Assembly: GCA_963575745.1 (NCBI GenBank)
Contig: CAUYUJ010000114.1
Location: forward strand, 930,001-994,000
DNA: 64,000 nt
Direction of reading: 5' to 3'
Source: Prorocentrum cordatum
Lineage: Eukaryota
In this document: positions 32,301 through 42,397 of the stretch, one piece after another
Layout of the letters: each line of letters begins with the position of its first letter
Position numbering within the stretch: position 1 is the stretch's first letter
Notes under the pieces: model-generated
Databases searched by the model: none
What the model was told of the DNA's origin: nothing
The model's input: the letters and a program-made list of their open reading frames with translations, nothing else
Made by a program: the position numbers and the translations under genes

Positions 32301-33378
32301 CTTATTTCGTTACGTCCCTGGCCCCCCCGCTGGGGCGCGCACATGCCGCCGGTCATGATTTGCACCCCCCCCTCTTGGACACCCCCCTCTTTGCCGCTCC
32401 CGAGTAGAGGGGACGTGTACTGCTCGAGTTTGCCAGGGTTCGGGCTGGCCGTCGTTTTTGTTGACGGCCCCTTCTTCCGCGAGATGTGTGCAGCGGGAGT
32501 TCGTTGCACATTTCTGATTCGGCCCCGTCCTTGTTCGTGCGGCCCCGCCAAGCGATTTCGACACATCCGAACTCGGGGGTTACGCCTCCCCGACGAAGGA
32601 GGCCCCGTGCACCCTCCTCAACCAGAAGGTCAAGTTCCGGATCTGCAGCGGCTTCGACGTGGCGGGGGACAGCCAGGGAGGGGGCTGCCCACATGGCAGG
32701 GGCGCCTGCTATGTGGACGAGGAGCTGCACGCGGACCGCTGCTACAAGCGGTGCAGCTTGCTGACGAGCGGGGAGATCCGGGGCAGCGACAGGGGGAACT
32801 GACCCGGGGGAGAAGGCATCGGCCCCCCGTCGCCCGTCCCGGGCGCCCAAGCCCGCCCGGGAGCGAGCGGTCTTGCTGGCAGGGGCGGATGGCCGATCCA
32901 CCGGCGGTGTGCCACCGATCCCGAGCCCATGTTGCCCCCCATGGAGCCAGTCCCCCTGGCATCGCCATCGCTCAACCGATGCCCATCCCCACCGGAGCAT
33001 GGCATCTCGGCCCCACCTGCCCCCCCCCCCCCCTCCCCAGGTGGGGGTCGGCCCCTCGAAGCCTGAAGGGGGAGCAGCATGCGTCCCCACCTAGAGGGTT
33101 AAGTTGGCCATTGGGACCAAGGCCATGCCAGTGGGGATGGGGATCGGTTCAACGATGCTCATATCCTTCCCCCTCAGGACTACATGTTCCGCTCGGCCGC
33201 CGAGACGTGCTGCAAATACGACCCTCACAAGAGCGTCGTCCCGTGCCTGGACCCGCGGCACACCAACACGAGCCAGGCGTTCGCGGCCGGCGGGGGCGAG
33301 CTCGAGTTTCCGCGCGTAGCGCCCGAGGGCACGGTGCCGTCGCACTACCCGCGGCTCAGCGCGGCGGAGGCTATGTGA
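23382..33378 (+). CDS. 9-exon host gene, 340-aa predicted type II membrane-anchored protein with two Cys-rich repeats; exons 23382-23533, 24900-25018, 27827-27852, 27956-28036, 29772-29911, 30874-30929, 31134-31207, 32599-32772, 33178-33378
   Basis: Exons sum to 1023 nt in one open frame from ATG to TGA. Every acceptor is AG|G; donors are GT, GC, GT, GC, GC, GC, GA, GA. The joins rebuild two paralogous repeats: CPDDEEEHAG|LCYKKCSLLTGDHPIRTSAFSCCK and CYVDEELHADRCYKRCSLLTSG|DYMFRSAAETCCK. Exons 5-9 are well supported; exons 1-4 less so. Confidence 0.75.
26350..26528. mobile_element. MITE family D (TIR tacagtcggggc...gccycgactgta); copies at ~25320-25494, 26720-26899, 31840-32020 (reverse), 49748-49926
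   Basis: Shared interior (gaaggaacccttttcgttggggaggggctcggtg...gggttccttaggtcaacgcc) and terminal inverted repeats. Confidence 0.75.
28566..28760. mobile_element. MITE family A (~195 bp, TIR tcgggccggacgaaaggggg...ccccctttcgcccgacccga); copies at 39510-39699, 42516-42709, ~43432-43621, partial at ~16960-17101, 19210-19345, 24425-24590
   Basis: Near-identical interior (gcagctggtttcggcctcaccgaggggcccattcctcgatacatagccgcctccggcgcc). Flanking direct repeats are cagat, atttcgtcgtt and ctcga. Confidence 0.85.
30874..30929 (+). CDS. Exon 6 of Cys-repeat gene (ANDLHDGNTCPDDEEEHAG)
   Basis: cag|G acceptor and GC donor. Joins in frame to LCYKKC. Confidence 0.85.
31134..31207 (+). CDS. Exon 7 of Cys-repeat gene (LCYKKCSLLTGDHPIRTSAFSCCK)
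   Basis: cag|G acceptor, GA donor, strong GC3 codon bias. Confidence 0.88.
32210..32403. mobile_element. MITE family C (TIR tcgggggcgg...ccgctcccga); second copy at 23589-23782
   Basis: Two homologous copies, flanked by direct repeats gtaga and gcaac respectively. Confidence 0.8.
32599..32772 (+). CDS. Exon 8 of Cys-repeat gene (EAPCTLLNQKVKFRICSGFDVAGDSQGGGCPHGRGACYVDEELHADRCYKRCSLLTSG)
   Basis: aag|G acceptor and GA donor. Carries the second repeat copy. Confidence 0.88.
33178..33378 (+). CDS. Terminal exon 9 of Cys-repeat gene (DYMFRSAAETCCKYDPHKSVVPCLDP...EAM*)
   Basis: Pyrimidine-rich cag|G acceptor. Completes repeat 2. Matches ORF 33184..33378. Confidence 0.88.
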   Translation, partial: DYMFRSAAETCCKYDPHKSVVPCLDPRHTNTSQAFAAGGGELEFPRVAPEGTVPSHYPRLSAAEAM

Positions 33379-33549
33379 CGTAGCTTGCCTCGGAGGGAAC
33401 TCCCGATCATCGTGCCGGCAAGCTGGATGCGCATGACGTGGCCGGCCTGGGCGGGAGCCGGGTGCACGCGTGGCCGGCTGTTTTTCCAGCGCGCAGCCCT
33501 CTTATGGCCATGCAGGCCAGCTTCCTGGCACTTCTCTGGTGTTGGCGAC

Positions 33550-33702
33550 TAGGGGGCCACTTGCGAACCCTACCCCTACCCCCCACGATTTCTGAGGGGG
33601 AGGGTGGGGTTCGCTTCGTGCGGGAGCTCCCGAGCGAAGTGAACCCCACCCTCCCCCTCAGAAATCGTGGGGGTAGGGGTAGGGTTCGCAGGTGGCCCCC
33701 TA
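33550..33702. mobile_element. Near-perfect 153-bp palindromic (foldback) element; partial copies at ~44118-44238 and ~50263-50395
   Basis: tagggggccacttgcgaaccctacccctacccccacgatttctgagggggag...cgggagctcccg...ctccccctcagaaatcgtgggggtaggggtagggttcgcaggtggcccccta, flanked by gcgac on both sides. Confidence 0.85.
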
Positions 33703-36700
33703 GCGACGCGCACAGGGGGTGGGCCATTGGGGCTCATGAGAGAGGCGGGGAGGCTTCTGACAAGCTCCATGCCTCCTTAGACTCAGGAGGGGCAAAAACA
33801 CACAGACACGATGAAGCGTCGACTCCCAGGAAAGTATAGGAACATATGGGAAGTTGGGGGGGAAGACGAAGACCAGAAAACATGGAAAAACATGCGGAAT
33901 CGTGGGAGTTGTGCCTATTTATTTGTGTGTCCCATGGCCCCTTGATAGACGGCCACCCCCTTCGCTCCACCCCCTGGCGCGCGCTTCCAATGGCGGCCAT
34001 CCTTCGGAGTCTGCATGCGTGGAGTCAGAAGGATTCCACGGTAGGCGAGAATTCATCCTGGTCACGCCGTGGCGTTTCGCTCCTGTGTGGTGCCTTGCCT
34101 GCGGTGACCCTCGCCCTCCTCTTCCCAGCAAGATCTGGGCAGCACCATGCTGGGCCAATGTGCTCCGCAGGGGGCGATCTACACGAGTGAGGACAGGCTT
34201 GACGTTGACCAGATTTCAGTAGTTTGGCCTTCGGCCCATCCGCCACCGCTCTTGGGTTGTAGGTCAGAGGCCTCTTGGATGCGTGTTGGAATCTCTTGGG
34301 AGGCCTCTCAAAAGTCTCTTGGAGGTGGTTGTTGGGTGTGTCTTGGGGCCTCTCGGGGACCTCCTTGGGATCTCTTGGGGCATCCTAGGGTTTCAGCTGG
34401 GTCTTCAGGTGGTCTCTCGGGGGCCTGCTGGCGGTCCCAGGGGCCATCTTGGGGCGGAGGGCGCGAAATGTCAGTTTGAATTTGGTCCTCTTGGGGCCGT
34501 CTTGGGCCGGTCTTTGTGGCCTCTTGGGCCGTCTTGGGGCTTCTTGGGCCGTCTGGGCCTCTTGGGGTGATCTTGGGGGCCATTTGGGCCGTCTTGGAGC
34601 GTCGAAAAGCCCGGAAAGGCGAGAACGCCCAAATGTGCAGAAGATTAACTGGCAATAAATGGTTTTGGCATCTCGGGGCCGTCTTGGGGGGCCTCTTGGA
34701 GAACTCTTGGGGCGTCTTTGGGGCCTTTTGGATTGAGCGTCTTCGAGCGGTCTTCGGGGGACTCGGGACCCTCTTGCTCTTGGGAGCCCCTTGGGACCGC
34801 TTTGCCCCGTCGTTGGCCACTCTTGGAATTGTTATGACTTCACTCAGACCTGGCCTGGTGCACGCCGACACGTTCCATGAGCGCCCAAGAATGTCCCGCA
34901 CAGGTCCAGGAGCGCCCAAGAATCTGTAGCACACGTGTGGTGGGGTTTTTTAGAATCTTTCAAGCCGGCAGAGTCTTTTTTTACGTCTGTCGACTACACT
35001 TAAGAGTGACCCTGGACTAGAATGACTTTTGGTGCGCGGCTTCAGGAGCGCCCCTGGGGGCCCAACGCAGCTGCGCAAGCCGCTGCTGTCGCGCCGCATC
35101 ACCGATCGGCGGAAAGCGCCTCGAAAGATCTTTAGCGCCAGCGGGCAACCGCGAACGCCCCGCATGGCACCCCGATGGCGCTGCTAAAGCAAACGCTGCT
35201 GGGCGTCGCCACGATCAGGTCAGGTATTGCCGGGCCGCTTCGCGATGACATGTGCCACGGCGGCGCAGCTCCTTCGGCTGCTGGGCCACTCGAGTCGGAC
35301 TTCGATTCGGGCGATCACCAGGGGTTGTCCTGATGGCCCGGCGACTCCACTCGCCGTCGGCTCCAGCGCCACGGCGTGCAATCAGCGGCATCATTAACTA
35401 TATTCTGGGGCGAGCCACTGGTGGCAGCGCAGCTGCTCATGGGTTTCACCGTGGTTCTGAGGAGCTGGGGAGTTTTTGGCGGCTCGTCGTCGTGTGACCT
35501 CTCGCCGCCATGCGATCGCTTTGATTCCAGCGGCGGCGCCTTCCTTCCGATGCCTGCGCCGAAGACCCGTCGCACCTTCCCCGGCCCAGCATGCTCGCTG
35601 TTCCGGCAGCTCTGCACGGAGGCCGTTGTAACAGGTGCTTCAGCCTCCGTGTCTCGCCGATCCACTCACGACCTCGGGGCACAGCGGTCTCCGCACTCGG
35701 CGGAACCACTCGTTCTCGGCTCCGGGCGTCGCGCCTGCCAAGGCGGCCTCAGAGTTGGATCTTGCGCCCGCCTGCCAGCGCACTGCTTCCCACGTCGCGA
35801 CGGGTGACTGCCTGGCCGCTTCCTCTTTTCCTCGTCGGCCGTTCTGCGTGGTCAGCTCGCTGTGCGGTCGCCCACCGAGGCCATGTCACCGCGGCAGGAC
35901 TATGGGCATGGGTATGGCTGTTTCGCCGGCGGCGGCGCTCTGGCGGACTCCACCACCTGAGCGGCGCCGTTCGGCCCGCGCGGCGCTGGGCGGGCCCCCA
36001 CCCCTGGGTTTCCCGACGCGCGCGCGCCGCGGCGGCCGCGCGTAGATGGCTCGTTTGCGCCGGCGCGGGGGAAGGACCTTTTTTATTCTCTTCGCCTCCT
36101 GCGCCCTTGCTGTCTCTGCAGCTCCTCGGCCCCCCTCTTCCTTTACCAAGGCTGACCTGCGGCGCTGCTGTTTCGACGACGTCGGCGAGCGGGTGGGCTC
36201 CACCACCTGAGCGGCGCCGCGCAGCCCGCGCGCGAGAGGCGGGGCCGCCCCATGCTGGGCCTCTCGCCGCACGCGCGCCGCGATGATTATGATGACAACG
36301 CTGGTGATCATGGTGGCGATGATGATGATTGGGCGACGAACAGTAGCAGGGCCTCTATCATGCTACATCGCCCGCTGCACTTAGGGGCTTCAAGTGCAGC
36401 AGCCTTTCGCGGCTGTTTGTCGAAAGCATCGCGGGCTCTCTTGATCATTTTCGTTTTGGGTTTTTCTTGAAAAAGCGCGGGTGGAGAATTGCATCGGTTG
36501 TTTGCGGAGGAGGGGAGGGAAGACGGTCAAGGAAACACTGTCCCCGGACCACAAATTATTGCCCCAGTGCTACTGCTGAGCAGCAGGCCTTTCGCCTGAG
36601 ACATCCTCAAACATGCAGTCGGGCTGACGTTTGAAGTTTCAAGCTGGAGTGAAGATGCGGGTGATGAGGGTCATTGTGGTGATGGCCGTGGTGATGATGG

Positions 36701-39700
36701 TGGTGGTGAACACGATGGCAGTTGTGGTGGTGATGGTGCTGACGACGTCGCCGATGCCGATCAGGACGATGGCGAGAAACTCGCGTGACCACAGCACGTT
36801 TCGCACTCGCGCAAATCCGCGGGCCTCCTCCCGGGATGAGGACGAGGTGCCTCCGTGGGCCAGGAACACTTTGCGACCTCCGCCAGTCCTGCGCCACGTG
36901 TGAACTTACGTGGGTAGCGAGCTCCACTCCACTTGATACACCCTGTGTGCGTTCGGGAGGAGCGCCCATGCGAATTACCGTTGATTTCGGTGTTGGTACG
37001 CGCTGCAGCCATGTTCGGATTCTCGCGCTTTCCACTCACGTCAAGAAGCGTTCCATGCAATTCGGTCGATTTGATTCGCCGGCTGGAACGGCGATTCCGA
37101 TTCGATTCGATTACGTTTGATTCCCAGGCGCCGGCCAGAGCCAGCCGGTTCCGATCTCGATTCGGTTCGGGACCATGCGTTCACGTTCCGATTCGTTTCC
37201 CATTCCGATTTCGCAAATGCTACCCAGGTCAGGTTTGCCAGGAACTCTCCGCGGGCAGGTTTTCTAGCGCGGTCGTTTTTGTAAGAGCAGCAAATGACAT
37301 AAACATAACGTGGATCGGCGCTGGAGCTCTTTGGCGGCGCCTCGGGCGCCACCCATGGCGCCCTCCGCGCGCAAGGAAGGGATGCCCAGCGCCGATCCCC
37401 AAAATTTGTGGACCTCCGACAGTTTGTGCTGACGTATGTGATTTGTTTGTTCTTCTATTGGTGAGACGTAAGTTTCGAGTTAGCCAAAACCCGGGTTCGC
37501 CGACGTGTTTTGACGAGCGCATCCTGGATTTTGACGGTCCAGTTTCCGTGGGATGCCTGCAGCGGGAGCCCGCGTCAAATTTCAGATTGGGTCCCGTCAT
37601 TTTTTCGGATGGCCCCGTTGGGCCAGCCCGAGTCCCCCGTACGCAAGCCTTACGTCTCCCCGCCTCTATCTTGGAGCCCCGACTGGAGAACCAGCCCGCG
37701 CCGTGGGCTGCTCGCCCCCCCCCCCCCCCCCCACGGGGGCCGCGGGAGCTCCCGCCCCAGGTGGCCCGGGAAGCCGACCCGGCGCGGTGGGAGGGGGGAA
37801 AATCACACAGACACCATTAACCGTCGATGTCCCAGAAAGTATGGGAAGATATGGGAAGTGGGGGGGAAGACAAAAACACAGAAAATATGGGAAACACATG
37901 GGGAATCTTGTTATTTGTGTCTACTTGTTTGTGTGTCCCGGGGCCCCTTCAGAAAACCCAGGCGCGCAAGCCGCTGCGATCGCATCGCATCCAGCGCTTC
38001 GTGGCCCCCCGTGGGCCCGCACCGAAGGCCACCCCGGCGAGGAGCCACTCTTGCGTGCAGCCGACTGGGCGCGGTCTGTGTTGGCGCTCCCCTTCTGCTC
38101 GCAGGGCCCCCCGCTTGCTGCTCGTCTCACCAAGGGGCCGAGCTGCAGGGAGGGTTGGCCAGAACATGGGAGAGGCAATCATGCAAAGAGCGCTGCGCCG
38201 CCGCTGCCTAGCCCTCCCCCTCCACCTCCGCCTCCTGCCCCCTCCTCCCTCCTCGTCCTGCCCACCCCTCCTGCTCCTCGGCTGTGTGAATTCCTGGCCG
38301 TGCCCTGAGATTGGGGCGATGCAGCTTCTTCATTCCGCGAGTTTTCGCCCAAACTTCAGGCCCTCGGGCCCTCACGGATCGATCCAGCTTGAGAGAGGCC
38401 GCAGGAAGATGGGACGGAGGTTTCCAGTTGTGTTTTTCCACGGTGGTGCAATGTGTGGAGCATGTCAGATCTCAAGGTCGATGCCGTCGTCGTTGTCGTG
38501 CAGTCGCCGCCGTCTTCGCCGACGCCAGCGTCGTCGTGGACGTCAACGTCGACGTCGACGTCTTCGTCGTTGTCGTCGTTGTCGTTGCTGTCGTCGTCGT
38601 CGCCGTCGTCGTCGTTGCTGTCGTCGTCGTCGTCGTCGTCGTAAACGTCGTCCGACCACAATCCGCTCACGGTCGGACCCCAGGCCCCCTCCTGGGGTCC
38701 GTCCTCGACAGCTTCTCGGGAGGTGACTGGCTGCGGCGACGGTCTGGAGACGCCCAAAGATCTCCGAAACAAAGACGCCGTCGCCCCCATCGCCGTCACC
38801 GCCGCCGCCGTCGTGCAAGGAGACGTGGTCGCCGCCGCCGTCTTCTCCTTCCCTCGTCGTCGATCTCGTCGGGGATCTGAGACCGAGGGACTTCGGGCGT
38901 TCTTGGGACTTCTTGGGCATCCTGGGGGCGCCCTGGCCGCATCGGCTGGATCCGCTTCGAAATCCCAGTGATATTGCGCTCCGGGACCGCGCGGAGGTCG
39001 ATGGTTGTGGCTTGGAGTTCTCGCCGTCGCCGCTGTCGCCGCCGCCGTGCAAAAGAAGCATCGCTTCCGCCGCCATCGTGCAATGAGGTGCGGCTGCCAC
39101 CGCCGCCGCCGTCGCCATCGTCGTCGGCGCCGCCGTCGTCGTCAGCGCCTTCTTCGCCGTTGCCGTCGTCATCGCCGTCGGCGCCGCCGCGCCGCAGGAC
39201 TTGGCATCGCTCGGACGTGTGCATTTTTCCTTCGGCGAGGACCATCGAGGAGCATCCTTGATCATTTCGCGAAAAAAAACACAGGAAATGGACGTCCGAG
39301 CGATGGCCAGAGGATCCACTTCGATCCGACCGATCCGCGATTCAATACCGATTGCGGTCAGCTCGATCCGACTCGCTTCCAGTAACATGCTCCGACGATC
39401 CGACGCATGGGCGCCGCTGCTCGTCCTGGCGCAGCCGAGCCTGCCCGATTCCGGCTGCGTGCCGGCGCCGACTTCGACGCGCGGTCCGACCCGATTCGAT
39501 TTCGTCGTTTCGGGCCAGACGAAAGGGGAGGATTGTGAAAGGGGGGGTTACGAAATTTGCTTAGCTGGTTTCGGCCTCACCGAGGGGCCCATTCCTCGAT
39601 ACATAGCCGCCTCCGGCGCCGGGAGGCGCCGGGGAAGTCAGCTACGTGAGCTGATTCTCAAACCCCCCCTTTGCTATCCCCTCCTTTCGCCCGACCCGAA

Positions 39701-42346
39701 TTTCGTCGTTGTGGGTGCTTTGGGGGAGCAAGACGTGGCATGAGCCTGCATCTTCGGAGGTCCGCGCCAGCTTCTTGGATGTGCGCTGGGTCCTTCCCTG
39801 GCGCGAGGAGCGCGCAAGAGGCGGCCCTAGAGGCGCGCGAGGATCCGAGAAACCCGTGCGGACCGGCACGGCACGCGCGTGGGTGCATTCCAGCACGCGT
39901 GGGCAGTGGGTGGCAGCGCTGGGGGCGGCTTGCGGGAGCCGCTGCACTGGGTGGTGCCCCCCCCCCCCCCCCCACGGGGCCGGCCGGCGTCTGCCCGCGT
40001 GGCCTCGGAGAGACCGCGCGCTGCGGGGCAGACGGGCCGGGCCCGTCGGGTCCGCACCCGTCGCTCCCGGGAGAGACTCCCTCCTCCCCTCCGTAAGAAC
40101 GGTTTTTTGAAGGCAGATCTGCCTTCAAGAACGGTTTTTTGAAGGCAGATCTGCCTTCAAGAAACCGTTCTTACAGGGCGCCGTGCCGAGGTCGGAGTAG
40201 CGAAGTTGCTGCCAGGCGCAAATTCGCCGCCCCCGCGGCGAGCTCGCCGACGCGCGGGCGCCCTCGCTCGGCTGGTCGCCGCGCTGCCGTCGCTCGCTCG
40301 CGTCGTGCGCTGTGGCGCCGTGCCGGGCGTCTTCCGCCCGGCGCTGGGCCGGCCGCCCTTGCCCCAGTGCCGAGCGTTTCCCTGATGGTCCGCTACCGAA
40401 AATTTCCGGTAGCGCTCCGCAGAGATCGGTCGCTACCGAAATTCCGAAATGTAGCGCCCAATACCGGTATCAGACCGTTCTGAAATCCGCTGTTTCAACG
40501 CCCTCAAACGAAGATCCGGTCGCTACCGAAATTCGGGGTGCGTCGAAATCGCTACCGAAAGTTTCCGGTACCAGACCATCTGGGTTGTGTCAGTGCCGCT
40601 GTCTCTTCGCTTGTCGATGGCGCGGTCGTCGTGGACGTCGTTGCCGTCGTGGGCGTCGTCGTCTTGGTGGATGTCGTCGTAGCCTGAAGTCCGGCCTGTC
40701 CCCCTGCAGGGGGATTTTCGACGAAAAATAGAAAATACTCAAAACATAGTTAAAAAATACTCCAAAAATAGTCTGTGGACTATTTTTTGAGTACCTGTTT
40801 GACCTTTTTGGGGAATTGTTTGGGTATTTGTAATTTTTCGTCGAAAATCCCCCTGTAGGGGGACGGGCCCAACTTACTCGTAGCCGTTGGCGCCGCCACC
40901 CTCCCCAAAGGATGTGCGCGCGGCAGAGGCGCCTGGGATGAGGTCTGGAGTTCAGCCGGCCCTATCCCTCTAGAGGAGGAGTGCTCAGAAGTAGTCAAAA
41001 CAGGTAGTCCGGGGACGATGTTTGGACTACTGTAGCCTGTTTATGATCATTGTTTGACTATTTTTCATGCTTCGTCCAAAATCCGCCTGTAGTCAAGCAG
41101 TGGCGAAGCGTCCTGGCGTGCCCATAGTCCTACCAAACAATGGTCTAAGAACCTTTTGTGGCTCCCACGAAAGGTTCTTCTGAGAACATGTCTGGCTGGG
41201 ACTGTCTTGTTTTATCACATCGGGTTCATGTTCGAAGAACCGTGTTTTTGTTCTTAGAACATTTCTGGGTTCTAAGAACACTTCGTGGTAGGACTATTAG
41301 GAATGGATGGTCGGTCCCTCCTCAGTGTAGGAGGACGCGCCCGACCGAAGTTCGGAGTCTGGAGGTGAGCACGCGAGGCGATGGGAAGAGGCAGCGCCAG
41401 CTCTGCCGCCGCGGATGCGGCCCAATCGACCTGAGATCAAGATGGCGGGCGGGAATAAGATCCGGGTGCTCCGCAATAATTTTGACAGCTCTAACGAATG
41501 TTTCAACCGACCCAAAGTCACCAAAACTTCCGTCGAGATGTTTCGAGCCCCGGGCACCCCGCCGCGGGTACGGCCCAGCCCGTCTGGAAGAGGCCTTCCA
41601 GAGCCGGCCCAAGACCTCGTGGGTGCCGACGTCGTGGTCGTCGACGCCTTCGGCGTCGTGCACGTCGTCGGCGTCGTCGTCGTCGCCGTCGGGCACGTCG
41701 TCGGCGTTGTCGTCGTCGCCGTCGTCTTGTTATCGCTCGGACGTGTGCCCTTCTTCTCTGCGGGGACGATGAAGGCGCATCCTGGACCACCCTGCGAAAA
41801 AATGCCGCGCACGAGACCGAAAAAAAAAGCACGGGGCACGGACGTCCGCGCGAGGGCCAGCCGTGGGCGTCGGCGCAGCCGCTGGCGCCGCCCTCCCCCG
41901 CAGAGGAAGCGCCGCTGTTCCCCGGCGAGGACGGCGACGCCGCGGCCGCTCCGGCGGCGGCGGCGCCGCGGCTGCCGGCGGGGCGCGCGGCGGTGGCGTG
42001 CCTGGCCGCGGGGGGCTGGGCGGCCGCAGGGGGCAGGAGGGAGTGACTCCCTCCTGCCCCCTGCGGCCGCCCAGCCTGACTCCGAGTCAGGAGGGGAAAA
42101 AACACACAGGCACAATGAATCGTCGAGTCCCAGGAAAAAATATGGGAGAATAAGTATGGGAGGTGGGGGGGGCGACAAGAGCCCAGAGAATATAGGACAA
42201 TATGGGGACTCTTTTTTTATGTGTGTGTGTGTGTTTATTTGTGTGTCCTGGGGCCCCTTCAGGGAGGCAGGGCCGCCATGACAGGAGGAGGTGGGTTACT
42301 CGGCGCCTCGGGCGCCCGAGGGTGGGTCGGAGGGGCCCGTCGCAGA

Positions 42347-42397
<51 letters not shown>

